Shown here: piece after piece, positions 26,316-36,602 of the stretch
How positions within the stretch are numbered: position 1 is the stretch's first letter
How the letters are laid out: every line of letters starts with the position of its first letter
Source: Okamejei kenojei
Taxonomy: Eukaryota
Assembly: GCA_035221665.1 (NCBI GenBank)
Contig: CM069153.1
Location: 38,874,001-38,938,000 of the forward strand
Direction of reading: 5' to 3'
DNA: 64,000 nt
Notes under the pieces: generated by a model
The model's input: only the letters and a program-made list of their open reading frames with translations
What the model was told of the DNA's origin: nothing
Database searches by the model: none
Translations under genes and position numbers: made by a program

Positions 26316-26407
26316 AGGCGCAAAATGCTGGAGTAACTCAGCGGGACTGGTAGCATCTCTGGATAGAAGGAATGGGTGACTTTTCGGGTCGAGACCCTTC
26401 TTCAGAC
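26316..26407 (-). mobile_element. Penelope-like short copy
   Basis: Reverse complement of the family sequence. Confidence 0.8.
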
Positions 26408-26529
26408 CATTTTTTTGCTGAAATGCTGGTATATTGGAACCCTTCAAATGAGAGTTGGATTAAAAGATTCAGAAAGTATTCCTTCGAATCTGTGTGAATT
26501 TGATGAGAATGTACCTGGACTACAATGGA

Positions 26530-26940
26530 ACATAGAAAGGTACAACACTGGAACAGGTACTTCACCCCAAAATGTCAGTGCTGAATGTGATATCAAGATA
26601 AATGTATCTAATCTGCCTGCACATGCTTCATCCCCTTCCATTCCCTGCAAAGAAAGTCATGTGCCTATTTAAAAGCCTCTTAAATGCCACTGTTTAATTT
26701 GTTTGCACCACCGCTCCTGGGAGCACATTCCAGGCACTCACCACTCTCTGTGAAAAAAAAAGCTTGCTCCGTACATTATCTTTAAACTTTGCCCCTCTCG
26801 CCTTCGAGCAATGCCCCCTTGCCTTTGACAATTTCCACTCTGGGGAAAAACTGTTCCAACTGTCTACCCATTGCTGCCTCGCATCATTTTATATACTTCT
26901 ATCAGGCCTCCCCTCATCGTCTGGTGTTACAGAGAAAGCA
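26530..26940 (-). mobile_element. CR1 3' fragment
   Basis: Similar to 6225-6515 and 1-250. Confidence 0.75.
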
Positions 26941-27214
26941 ATCCATTGGCGGCACAAAACAATACTTTGTGTACTATATCATATTGGTCTTGGAACCCTG
27001 AGAAGTATGTATTTGCCCTGGAAATGGTGTACACAGATTGCTGGAATGTGCCGAGGTTTCATACAGGGAGAATTTGAGTAGCACTATAATCAATAGAGCA
27101 TAACACGGGATCATTTCACTGAAACAGATTGGATTTTGTGAAGGTTGCTGCTGGAAAATTGTTTCCTCTGGTTGGACGGTCTAGAAATAGGTTCACAAAG
27201 TTGATTCCTGGACC

Positions 27215-27950
27215 CACTAAGTTGATTCACCAAAGTGAACAGTAAGCCCTCGGGAGAGCTCAAGAGCAGAGGAAAAATATGACTCGCAGTACATTATTCC
27301 CTGAAAGTAGCATTGCAGGTAGACAGGGTGGTAAAGAAGTCTTCTGGCTTTCATCAGTCAGTGAACTGAGTACTGCAGTTGGAACATTATGGTACAGTTG
27401 AACAAGAGGTTGGTGAGACCGCACAAGGGGTATCGTGTTCAGTTGTCACACACTGCAATAGGAAAGATGCAGAGAAGGTTTACAATGATGTTGCTAGAAC
27501 TCGAGGCACTGAGCTATAGGGCGAGCTTGGGCAGGCGAGGTCTTTGTTCCTTGGAGCACAGTAGGGTGTGAAGTGATCATATAGAGGTGTATAAAATCAT
27601 GAGTGGATTAAATAGGATGAAAGCACTTGGTCTTTTTCCCCATGGTTGGGGAATCAAGAACCAGACGGCATACGTTTAGGGTGAGAGGACAAAGTTTAAA
27701 TTGAAACCCAAGGGGCAACTTTTTCCACACAGAGGGTGATGGGTGTATGGAACGAGCTGCCAGATGAACTGGTTGAGGCAAGTATCATAACGACATTTAA
27801 AAGATATTTGGACAGGTTGATGGATAGGAACGGTTTAGAGGGATATGGGTCAAACACGGGAAAATGGGACGAGGGATGATGGTGCACCTTGGTCAGCATG
27901 GACAAGATGGGCTGAAGGGCCCGTTTCTGTATTGAATGACTGCATGAATC
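27215..27950 (+). mobile_element. CR1/HER1 ORF2 C-terminus and tail, degenerate
   Basis: LVRPH...MQRRFTMML..LSYR motif; shared tail. Confidence 0.85.
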
Positions 27951-28029
27951 TACGAAAGGGTTTTGTGTGAGTAAAATGTAGCAACAAGGAATTGCAGATG
28001 CTGGTTTATTAAACTTGAACCTATACTAA

Positions 28030-28850
28030 TTGTTGTTTAAAAGAATGAGAGGTAATCATATTGAAATACAAAGTTTTTTTGAGTGGAATTAATAAAATCA
28101 GAATCTTATCAATCTTGAGAGGTTCTTTCTTCTTGTAAGGCAAACTCGAAATAGGATGCATTGTTTTGGAATAAGATAGAGATGAGGAGCAAATTCATCT
28201 CTTTAGCATTTGTCAATTGTTGGAATCCACTCTGGAGACATGTGGAGTCTGAATCATTGAATACAAATAGAAAGCACACTGTCCAAATGCATTACAGCTT
28301 GCTTTGGAAACTGCTCTGCCCAAAATTGTAGGAAATTGCTGAGTGTTGAGGAAACAGCCCAGTACCTCATGCAAACCAGTCTCCTAATTCCTTACCCCAG
28401 CCCATTGACTATCTACACACCATGCTGCCTTGGGAAAGCGGACAGCATCAACAAGGACCACTCACACTTTGGCCATTCCATTATCTCCCTTCTCCCATCG
28501 GGCAGACAATAAAAATCTTGTTTGCACTGTACCCCCAGATCCAAGAATAACTCCCCCCCCCCCCCCCCCCCCCCCGGCTGTTATTAAGACTATTGAACAG
28601 ATGTCTCATAAGATAAGTATATAGTCCCGATCTTTGTAGGAAGGAACTGCAGATGCTGGTTTAAACTGAAGGTAGACATAAAAAGCTGGAGTAACTCATC
28701 AGGTCAAACAGTGTCTCTGGAGAAAAGGAATAGGTGACATAAATGGTCCCTAGTGTGTAGGGTAGTGTTCGTGTACTGGTCTGTGCAGACTCGGTGGGCC
28801 AAAAGGCCTATTTCCACACTGTATCTCTAAAGTCCAAAGAAAAGTCTAAA
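28030..28850. mobile_element. Cluster: old CR1 (28030-28262), Rex-like LINE end (28270-28630), Penelope-like copy (28635-28740), HE1 3' part (28741-28850)
   Basis: Family similarity; the older pieces are degenerate. Confidence 0.6.
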
Positions 28851-28869
28851 GTCAAATCTAATACATTGT

Positions 28870-28965
28870 TTTAATTAAATTATATATATACACATATAAT
28901 ATATATATATATGTGCGTGTGTGTTGCATATATATATTTATATATATTTGTGTGATATATATATT
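28870..28965. repeat. (AT)n-rich simple repeat
   Basis: Seen directly. Confidence 0.9.
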
Positions 28966-29571
28966 GTTCATTAATATGCCTTCACTAATTAGTGTAGAGT
29001 ATGGATAAAGAATATGGATAATTTGCTTTCAATTAAAATGCCTAAATTAGCAATGTAACCATTGCCTTTGCTTAATAGTGTTAGCAGTGGCAGAAAATGT
29101 GAGTTTGACACTGCTTTTAAAATTAATATATATTAATAGAGATTTGGCTTCATAAACAAATTTGAAGCTGTAGAAAACAAAAAGCATAGATGTATCCGAG
29201 AAGCAAAGTAAAGTATCCCTTTTTATCCCCATTTGATTCCCCATGGAGCAGGGATTGTATTAGCTCCCACCTGTGACCTGGGTACCTCCTCTTGTTTCAG
29301 GCTTCCGCTGATGGACTGCCTTCGATGATTTAAAAGCATTGCCCCCCTGTGGGAGATTCATTATTTCTAGTCCCAATCAAAGTTGTTGAAAGCATTATTT
29401 TCTTTGCAAAATGGAGGGTGGCACAATTGCCATAATTGCTATTTTCAAATAAAACACTGTTATATCTAGTTCTTCAGATATAAAAAAAGGTGTAAAAAGA
29501 GCAAGATAGTTCTCCTGTTCTGTTCAACAATCTCCCTTGCCAGCATCACCCAAAATGGATGAACTGGTCAT

Positions 29572-30125
29572 CGACACACAATGCTGGAGTACCTCAGCGG
29601 GTCAGGCAGCATCTCTGGGAGAAAAGGAATAGGCAACATTTTGGGTTGAGACCTTTCTTCAGAACTCTAGGGGAGAGGGAAACTACAGCTATGAAAAGGT
29701 ACAAAGAGGAAATGAATGAAAGGTGTGAAAAAGAACATATCAAAGCAGGCCAGATGATCAAGGAAAGGTGGAACCCACAATGATCTAGTGTTGGCTGTGG
29801 AGAAGGTGATTACCAGTGGATACAAACAGTGCAACTAAGCAGGACGACTAGGGTCTGTTTGCTGTGCGGAAATCTGTCACCATATTTCTCGAAATCTCAA
29901 ATTAAATCACGAGCTCCTAAGTGTGTTTGGATATAGAAAGAATCTTAAAGATATGGCTTCATTCACTGAGCAAAACGCAAAGTGCTGGAGTAACTCAGCA
30001 GGTCATGCAGCATCCTGATGGGCAATGTTTCAGTTTGGGGCCCTTCTTCAGGCTTGAAAAGCATCCCATATGAAATCGTACCCTATCCATTCCCTCCACA
30101 AACTCCAGCATCTGCAGCTCCTTGT
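29572..30125. mobile_element. Penelope-like fragment (-, 29572-29855) and inverted pair (29975-30125)
   Basis: Reverse-complement similarity to 22850-23090. Confidence 0.75.
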
Positions 30126-30583
30126 GACATATTTAATAGTTACCAATAGAAGGTGATCAAAAGTCATCCAGAATAACTGGAGCATTTAATAGCCTTTATT
30201 TTTTCTTCGTGTCAGAAATGTTGGGCTCTGCCTTGCCATATTTCTCACTGGGTGATTGTCACAGAAAAATTTATGAGATCCCACTTATGAAATTGAAACT
30301 AACCGTCTGTAGTGTAGGATGTGCAGAAATATAGTCACCCAACAGGATCCTCCTTAATTACACCACAGAATCTTGAAAAAATAATGCTTCCTTCTTACTT
30401 TGTTTTCAAACACGTCAACCTACTAGGCAAAACAGTCGCAGAATATTTCAGATGGTCCTTCTTGTGTAATGGCAACAGAGTTACCAAAATAAGCATTTTG
30501 TACAACTATGCATTGTCCACCAGAGACATTACCACTCTCAGAAATGCACTGTCGATACAAACTGATACTGAAAAAAAAGTCCT

Positions 30584-30763
30584 GCAGGAAGGAACTGCAG
30601 ATGCTGGCTTACACCGTAGACACAAAATGCTGGAGTAACTCAGCGGGACAGGCAGCATCGGATGCTGCATGGTCAGACTCCAGTCTGAAGAAGTGTCTCG
30701 ACCCGAATCGTCAACCATTCCTTCTATCCAGAGATGCTGCCTACTCCAGCATTTTGTGGCTAT
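30584..30763. mobile_element. Penelope-like inverted pair with approximate TSD
   Basis: ctg(a)8(g/a)tcct on both flanks. Confidence 0.8.
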
Positions 30764-31217
30764 CTGAAAAAAAAATCCTATTGCATTTAATTTGTGCTTA
30801 GATTAGAAAGCCTTCTGGAAACGCTTTTCCAGTACCGTGTTATTCAAGTCTTACCCAAAATGTCTGCACTGTCATCTCACATAACAACTGCCAATATAAT
30901 CCTCTCATTGCTTTGACGCAGTCTCAGTTTGATATATACTGCATAAGATGCATCTTGGCAACACTATGTAAGTACCCCATGCAAAATTAAGACCTGTTGT
31001 GTAAACAAAGTGCATTGCCAACATCAGTACAGCTTATAACTGTTTGGGTCCATATGGCTGCTGTCCCCAAATAGTCTCCCTGCAAGAACCGTACCAATAT
31101 CCAAACTATGTTGCTGTAGGACATTCACTGTGCTGATAGCCAGCTATTTGGACTGAGGCACTGATGCGGATGCCTCTGACAGCCAGCAATAGTGTTCAAT
31201 AAATACAACTGTTGTAT

Positions 31218-32012
31218 GTAGTATTTAAAAATACAAATTAGGTTGTGGGAATTACCACAACATATGATGTCGCGGGAATTACAGAGACATGGCTGCAAGA
31301 GGACCAAGGCTGGGAACTGAATACTCAAGGGTATACGTCCTATCGAAAAGTCAGACAGGTGGGCAGGGGGTGGGGTAGCTCTGTAAAACTCAGTCCCTTC
31401 AGAGGGGTGACATAGAATCAGGAGCTGTAGAGTCAGTATGGGTATAACTGAGGAATTGTAAGGGTAAAAAGACCCTAATGGGAGTTATCTACAGGTCCCC
31501 AAACAGTAGCCTGGATATAGGGTGCAAGTTGAATCAAGAGTTTAAATTGGCATGTCGTAAAGGTAATGCTAAGGTTGTTATGGGAGATTTCAACATGCAG
31601 GTAGACTGGGAAAATCAGGTTGCTACTGGACCCCACGAAAGGGAGTTTGTGGAGTGCCTCCGTGATGGATTCTTAGAGCAGCTTGGACTGGGGCCTACCA
31701 GGGAGAAGGCAATTCTGGATTTAGTGTTGTGTAATGAACTGGATTTGATAAGGGAACTCGAGGTAAAGGAGCCATTAGGAGGTAGTGACCATAATATGAT
31801 GTTTTATTTGAGAGAGAAGATGGGAAAATCGGAAGTATCAGTATTACAGTTGAACAAAGGGGACTATGGATCCACGAGGTGGGCAGGGGGTGGGGTAGCT
31901 CTATTGGGAGCTGGCCAAAGTTGACTGGAAAGATACCCTAACAGGGTTGACAGTGGAACAACAAAGGCAGGTATTTCTGGGAATATTACAGAAGGTGCAG
32001 GATCAGTTCATT
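31218..32012 (+). mobile_element. CR1 ORF2 apurinic endonuclease (APE) fragment
   Basis: ITETWL, GVIYRSP, VMGDFN, ILDLVL and SDHN motifs. Confidence 0.92.
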
Positions 32013-32279
32013 CTGTTTTCAGTCCTCCAATATCCCGGGAAGTTGCTTTGCACGGTAGCCTGCACTGCATGCACAAAAGCAGTATATTTATCCGGTTACA
32101 CCTACCTGGTTGAGGTTTGGGTTTATTATTGTCGTGCGTGCCAAGGTAAATGAAAATCTTTGTTTTGCGTGCCATCTAAGCAGGCCGTGAAGCTTTTTTT
32201 TTTTTTTTCGTACACGCCTAGGTATAGTGAAAATCACAAACCTGGGGAAATTAGACTCGAATGGACTGTTTGATGTCCA
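32013..32279 (+). repeat. Left arm of an inverted duplication
   Basis: Reverse complement of 35115-35358, with indels. Confidence 0.9.
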
Positions 32280-33009
32280 CAGCTGTCAGTCGATGTGGAC
32301 ACTGAACATGGATGGATGTTCAATATGCTGTGCCTTCACGCACGCAGCCTTTCTGGACATGGGAACGAGTGACTTACACGGAAATGTAACCAGTAGTATT
32401 TATAAACAGGTTTGCTTTTCCAGAAATACTCTGGGATAAGGCTTTTATTAGCTTCTTCTTGAAGTTATCCTTTAAATGCATCATATAATTTTCATAGTCA
32501 GCCATAAACATGGTTTATTTTTATGTGCAAACATATTGATTCCACACATGACTTTTTCCTCGATAGGAAACAAATCAACTCAATATTCATCCTTTCATGT
32601 CAAATCTGCCCACCCATCCTGGAATAATATTTTCCTTTTGCTCGACATTATACTCGATTGTGTAACATTCCAATTCATTACTAACTCACAAAAAGAGATG
32701 TACAGTACCTTTTCCAACTTTAGTTTAAGTATCACACACAAATTAAAATCACATTAAAAAAAACTCTGATTATTTAATACTTCTTAAGAGTCATTAAACT
32801 ATCATTTTGTCATTGCAAGGAAAACAAATGACCCCGGAACTTTTAAAACTGATTATGTATGTGCAGTCTTAAGCTGTCAATTTAATGTCCTACGTATTAC
32901 AGTTTGTTCATTAACCGTTTGATTGAATAGTAACTGGAGAAAAAAAAATCATGGTACTACTTTACAATGCTGGATTTACCATGCTATAACTACTGGATTT
33001 AGAATAATA

Positions 33010-33478
33010 GGCTTTTTGCACTTTGGCCCCAATCAGTCAGAGAATTGAGTATAGCAGTTGAGGACTGAAGAAACATCACACATTCTTTCTCTCCAGAGAT
33101 GCTGCCTCGCCCGCTGAGTTACTCCAGCATTTTGCGTCTATCTGCAGTGTAAACCGGCATGTTCAGTTTTTTTCCTGCACATAGCAGTTGGAGCGTCTTG
33201 ATGCAGTTATATAAGATGTGGTAAGGCCACATTTAGAGTACTGTGCTCAGTTTTGGGCTCCATGTTATGGGAAAGATGTCATGCAGGGAAGGGTGCAGAG
33301 AGATTTATGACACCCCTTTGATATCTTGTTTTCACACCTTCCCCTTCCATATCTCTGTGCCTCCTCCCTCCCCTGACACTCAGTCTGAAGAAGTGTCTCG
33401 ACCTGAAACATCACCCATTCATTCGATTCTGAGATGCTGCCAGTACCGCTGAGTTACTCCAGCATTTTGTGTCCATCC
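33010..33478 (+). mobile_element. CR1 RT fragment interrupted by Penelope-like copies (33063-33180 with atagcagttg TSD; 33320-33478)
   Basis: Family similarity and direct repeat. Confidence 0.75.
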
Positions 33479-33639
33479 ATGTTATATCATTGGAACAAAA
33501 TGGACAGCAAAAGCAGCTTTTTGGGTTAGCTGCTACTTGGCATAGTGCTAATTTTGACAGTTAATGATAGCCAAAGACCACTATATCTGCACGAAAGCTA
33601 TTAGAGAGTCTGCAAGTTATCATTGAGTTTCTTCCTTGT

Positions 33640-34150
33640 AACACCAGGCCAGCCTTCACAATAGCACGTCCCTTGCCTTCTGCTTCACGGTGATATGTTG
33701 TCATATGTAATCTCCTTTACAGTCACAGCCTTCATCTGTTCAATAGATGTTGAAGCCCTCATTCATGTCTTTGTTACTTCTAGACTTAACTAGTCCAATG
33801 CCCCCCTGGCCGGCCACCACAGTTTCATGGTCCGTAAACTAGAGGTCCCAAAAATCTGCCAACAGACTCCTAAGCCAAAACAAATTTGATTCACCCACAT
33901 TAGTTGCTTATCTAAATTGGCTTCTGATTAAACATCACCTCGCTTTTGAAATTCTCACCCTTGTTTTTAAATCCCTCAATGGTTTTTCTTCTTCCAAACT
34001 CTGTAACTTCCTCAAGAACTCTTCCTCATGGTTCTCTGCAATCCCCCAATTCTAGCACGTTAATCTTCTCCGAATTTAGTTGCTGAAAGCCCAATCTGAA
34101 TCTTCCAAGGCATTAAACTCTGGAATTCCTTTCCAAATTCTCTCTAGTTC
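33640..34150 (+). mobile_element. Old L2-like LINE fragment
   Basis: EALIHVFVTSRLN*SNAPLAG resembles the L2 ORF2 motif LIHAFVTSRLDYxNxLL. Confidence 0.6.
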
Positions 34151-34305
34151 TCTTTCAAGTCAAGTCAAGTCAAGTCAAGTCAAAAGAGTTTATTGTCATG
34201 TGTCCCTGTGACAGGACAATGAAATCCTTTCTTTGCATTCCTCCTGTGAGGGGCTCATTAACACCATCATTGACTAAGCTTTTGGCCACTCTCCTTCACT
34301 TATCA

Positions 34306-34643
34306 GGGGCGGTACAGTGGCACAGTGGTGGAGTTGTTGCCTTTAAGTGCCAGAGACCTGGGTTCAATCCTGACTACGGGTGCTGTCTTGACGGAGTGTG
34401 TCCGTTCTCCCCATGACCTGTGTGGGTTTTCTCCAGGAGCCCTGATTTCCTCCCACATTCCCAAGACATACAGGTTTGTAGGTTAATTGGCTTGGTATAA
34501 TTGTAAATTGTCCCTAATATGTGTGTGTGTGTGTGTGTGTGTGTGTAGGATAGTGTAAGTAAGTGTGTGGAGCTCGCTTGTCATATGCGGACTTGGTGGG
34601 CCAAAGGGCCTGTTTCCATGCTATATAACTAAATTAAACTGAA
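34306..34643 (+). mobile_element. HE1-like V-SINE with internal (TG)n
   Basis: Family similarity. Confidence 0.85.
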
Positions 34644-34944
34644 CTATTATTTGACACGGTGTCAAATTTTGTTTCATGTCAGGTCAAGCCAAGTTCACCA
34701 TTAAGTGAACAAGTATGGTTAAGTATAAGAACAATGAAAATCTTGCTTATAGCAACATCACAGACACAACCAACACCCAAAAACATATATTCGACACACA
34801 TTATACTGAAATGACAAATTCTTTCAATGACAAGACGTAAAAAGAAAAGGGCTGTGCAAAGAAAAAAACAGATTAGTGCAAAAACACAAGTAGAAAACAA
34901 ATCTAACTTAGTGCAAGAAGTGTTATGATTATGCAGGGGATTAT

Positions 34945-35080
34945 CTCAGTCTGAAGAAGGGTCTCGACCCGAAATGTCACCCATTCCTTCTATCCAGAGA
35001 TGCTGCCTGTCCTGCTGAGTTACTCCAGTATTTTATTTGTTATCTTTGGTGTAAACCAGCATCTACATTCCCTTCCTACA
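34945..35080 (+). mobile_element. Penelope-like short copy with probable 11-bp TSD
   Basis: gattatgcagg at 34927-34937 and 35087-35097. Confidence 0.8.
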
Positions 35081-35114
35081 TATTAGGATTATGCAGGACA
35101 GATCAAGAATATGA

Positions 35115-35358
35115 TGGACATCAAACAGTCCATTTGAGCCTAATTTCCCCAAGTTTGTGATTTTCACTATACCTAGGCGTGTACGAAAAAAAAAATGCTT
35201 AACGGCCTGCTTAGATAGCAAGCAAAACAATAATAAACCCAAACCTCAACCTGGTAGGTGTAACCGGATAAAAATACTGCTAGTGTGCATGCAGACACCC
35301 GGTCAGAGCAGGCTGCCGTGCAAAGCAACCTCCTGGGATGCTGGAGGACTGAAAACAG
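35115..35358 (-). repeat. Right arm of an inverted duplication
   Basis: Reverse complement of 32013-32279. Confidence 0.9.
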
Positions 35359-35579
35359 CAGTTCCAGCAGCCAGTTGAAGGCGATGGGGACTGTAAACCA
35401 TTGCCAGTCGATAGCAAAACAAAAACCGATAATCAATAACGGCGTGGTTTCTTAGGAAGTAATGCACTCGGGTGAAGAAAACGTGACTTTAAAAGGGGGG
35501 GGGGGCGTGGGATTAGTTTCTGCAGGAGGGGGGAGGGAGGGGAGGGGAGGGGGGGGGGGCGTTGGAGCTTTCAGTGGGA

Positions 35580-35720
35580 GATCAGCTTGTGCTGAAATTG
35601 CAGCGGCCGGTGACGTCAGGCCGATGACGCCACCGGCTGGGGTTTCAGGTGACGTCATCCCAGGAAGAAGAGGGGGGGGGGGGGGGGGGGTCCCAGGACG
35701 ACGTCACTCTTTTCCCAGGG
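35580..35720. promoter_or_regulatory. Cluster of CRE (CREB/ATF) sites in a CpG island
   Basis: TGACGTCA at 35611 and 35650, TGACGCCA at 35625, CGACGTCA at 35699. Confidence 0.75.
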
Positions 35721-36375
35721 CTGTGACCTCGGAAGAAAGTTCAGGGCAATAAAGCAACTTAATGGCTGCGAGTTCTCGTCCCGGGCGGGGAGTGGGAGCA
35801 GGGGGGAGCAGGGGGGAGCGCAAGATGCACACAGGAAGGATAGCAAGGGAGGAATATTTTTTAAAAAACACGTTGAATCCGGGGGGGGGGGGAGGAAAGT
35901 AAACAGATGATCTTTGTTTTGTTTCTGAAAGCAAACAATAATCCGCATGGATGTGCTTAGCTTTCTGTTATTCTCTGTTAAAGGCGCCAGCGTTGGGGGG
36001 AGGGTCTTTCAGGAAGAGAGAGCTGCTCTGTACAACACTTGGGAATATTGTCCAACCTACAATGGCCGAGTTTAGGAAGTTTGGAGAATTGCAGCTTCTC
36101 TAACGGATCGGCGAATCCGGAATTTTAGGCCGGGTGGGGTTGAGGGGGGGAGACACACACACGTTTCCGCTCCCACTACCACCCCCCCCCCCCCCCCCCC
36201 TGTCCGGTTATAACACAAGTCCGTTCGGCGGGAGCGCCGGTTTTCCTAACAAAGGGAGCGGGATACACAGGGACTGAGGGGGAAAGCGGAGAGGATCTGG
36301 AAAAGAGATTAGATTTCGCTTCTCTCTCATCAATTTTATGGTTAATGTCAAGCGGCTCCATTGTGGGAGAAGAGG

Positions 36376-36417
36376 CACGTCAGCTAGCTATAAATTTGTG
36401 AGCGGAGCGGCAGTGCA
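36376..36417 (+). promoter_or_regulatory. TATA core promoter with adjacent half-CRE
   Basis: CACGTCA 36376-36382; TATAAA 36389-36394; Inr-like tgcAga at 36417. Confidence 0.55.
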
Positions 36418-36602
36418 GAGTGCATCTGTTTGACCGAGTTCATTGCCTCTGATACTGTATGGAGACAGGTAGAAGGAACCCTGTTTGAGCACCATCTATC
36501 AGCAAAGCAGAGTCAATCCGGGACCAAATACAAACCTACTAGACAATTCACAACCGAGCTTTCCCTAGGAAACATTTTCGATCTGCCGCCTGCGCCGGCC
36601 CG
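36417..36602 (+). other. Candidate non-coding first exon (alternative BAHCC1 exon or lncRNA)
   Basis: Starts ~28 nt after the TATA box; donor CCG|gtatgt at 36603 (alternative CAG|gtagaa at 36469). Confidence 0.4.

Noticed and set aside
1590-34643. tRNA genes at A/B-box motifs
   Set aside because: They are SINE heads that continue into the V-domain and LINE-derived tail; no complete cloverleaf is evident.
2380-35948. Poly-Pro/poly-Gly ORFs
   Set aside because: They are translations of poly-C/poly-G tracts.
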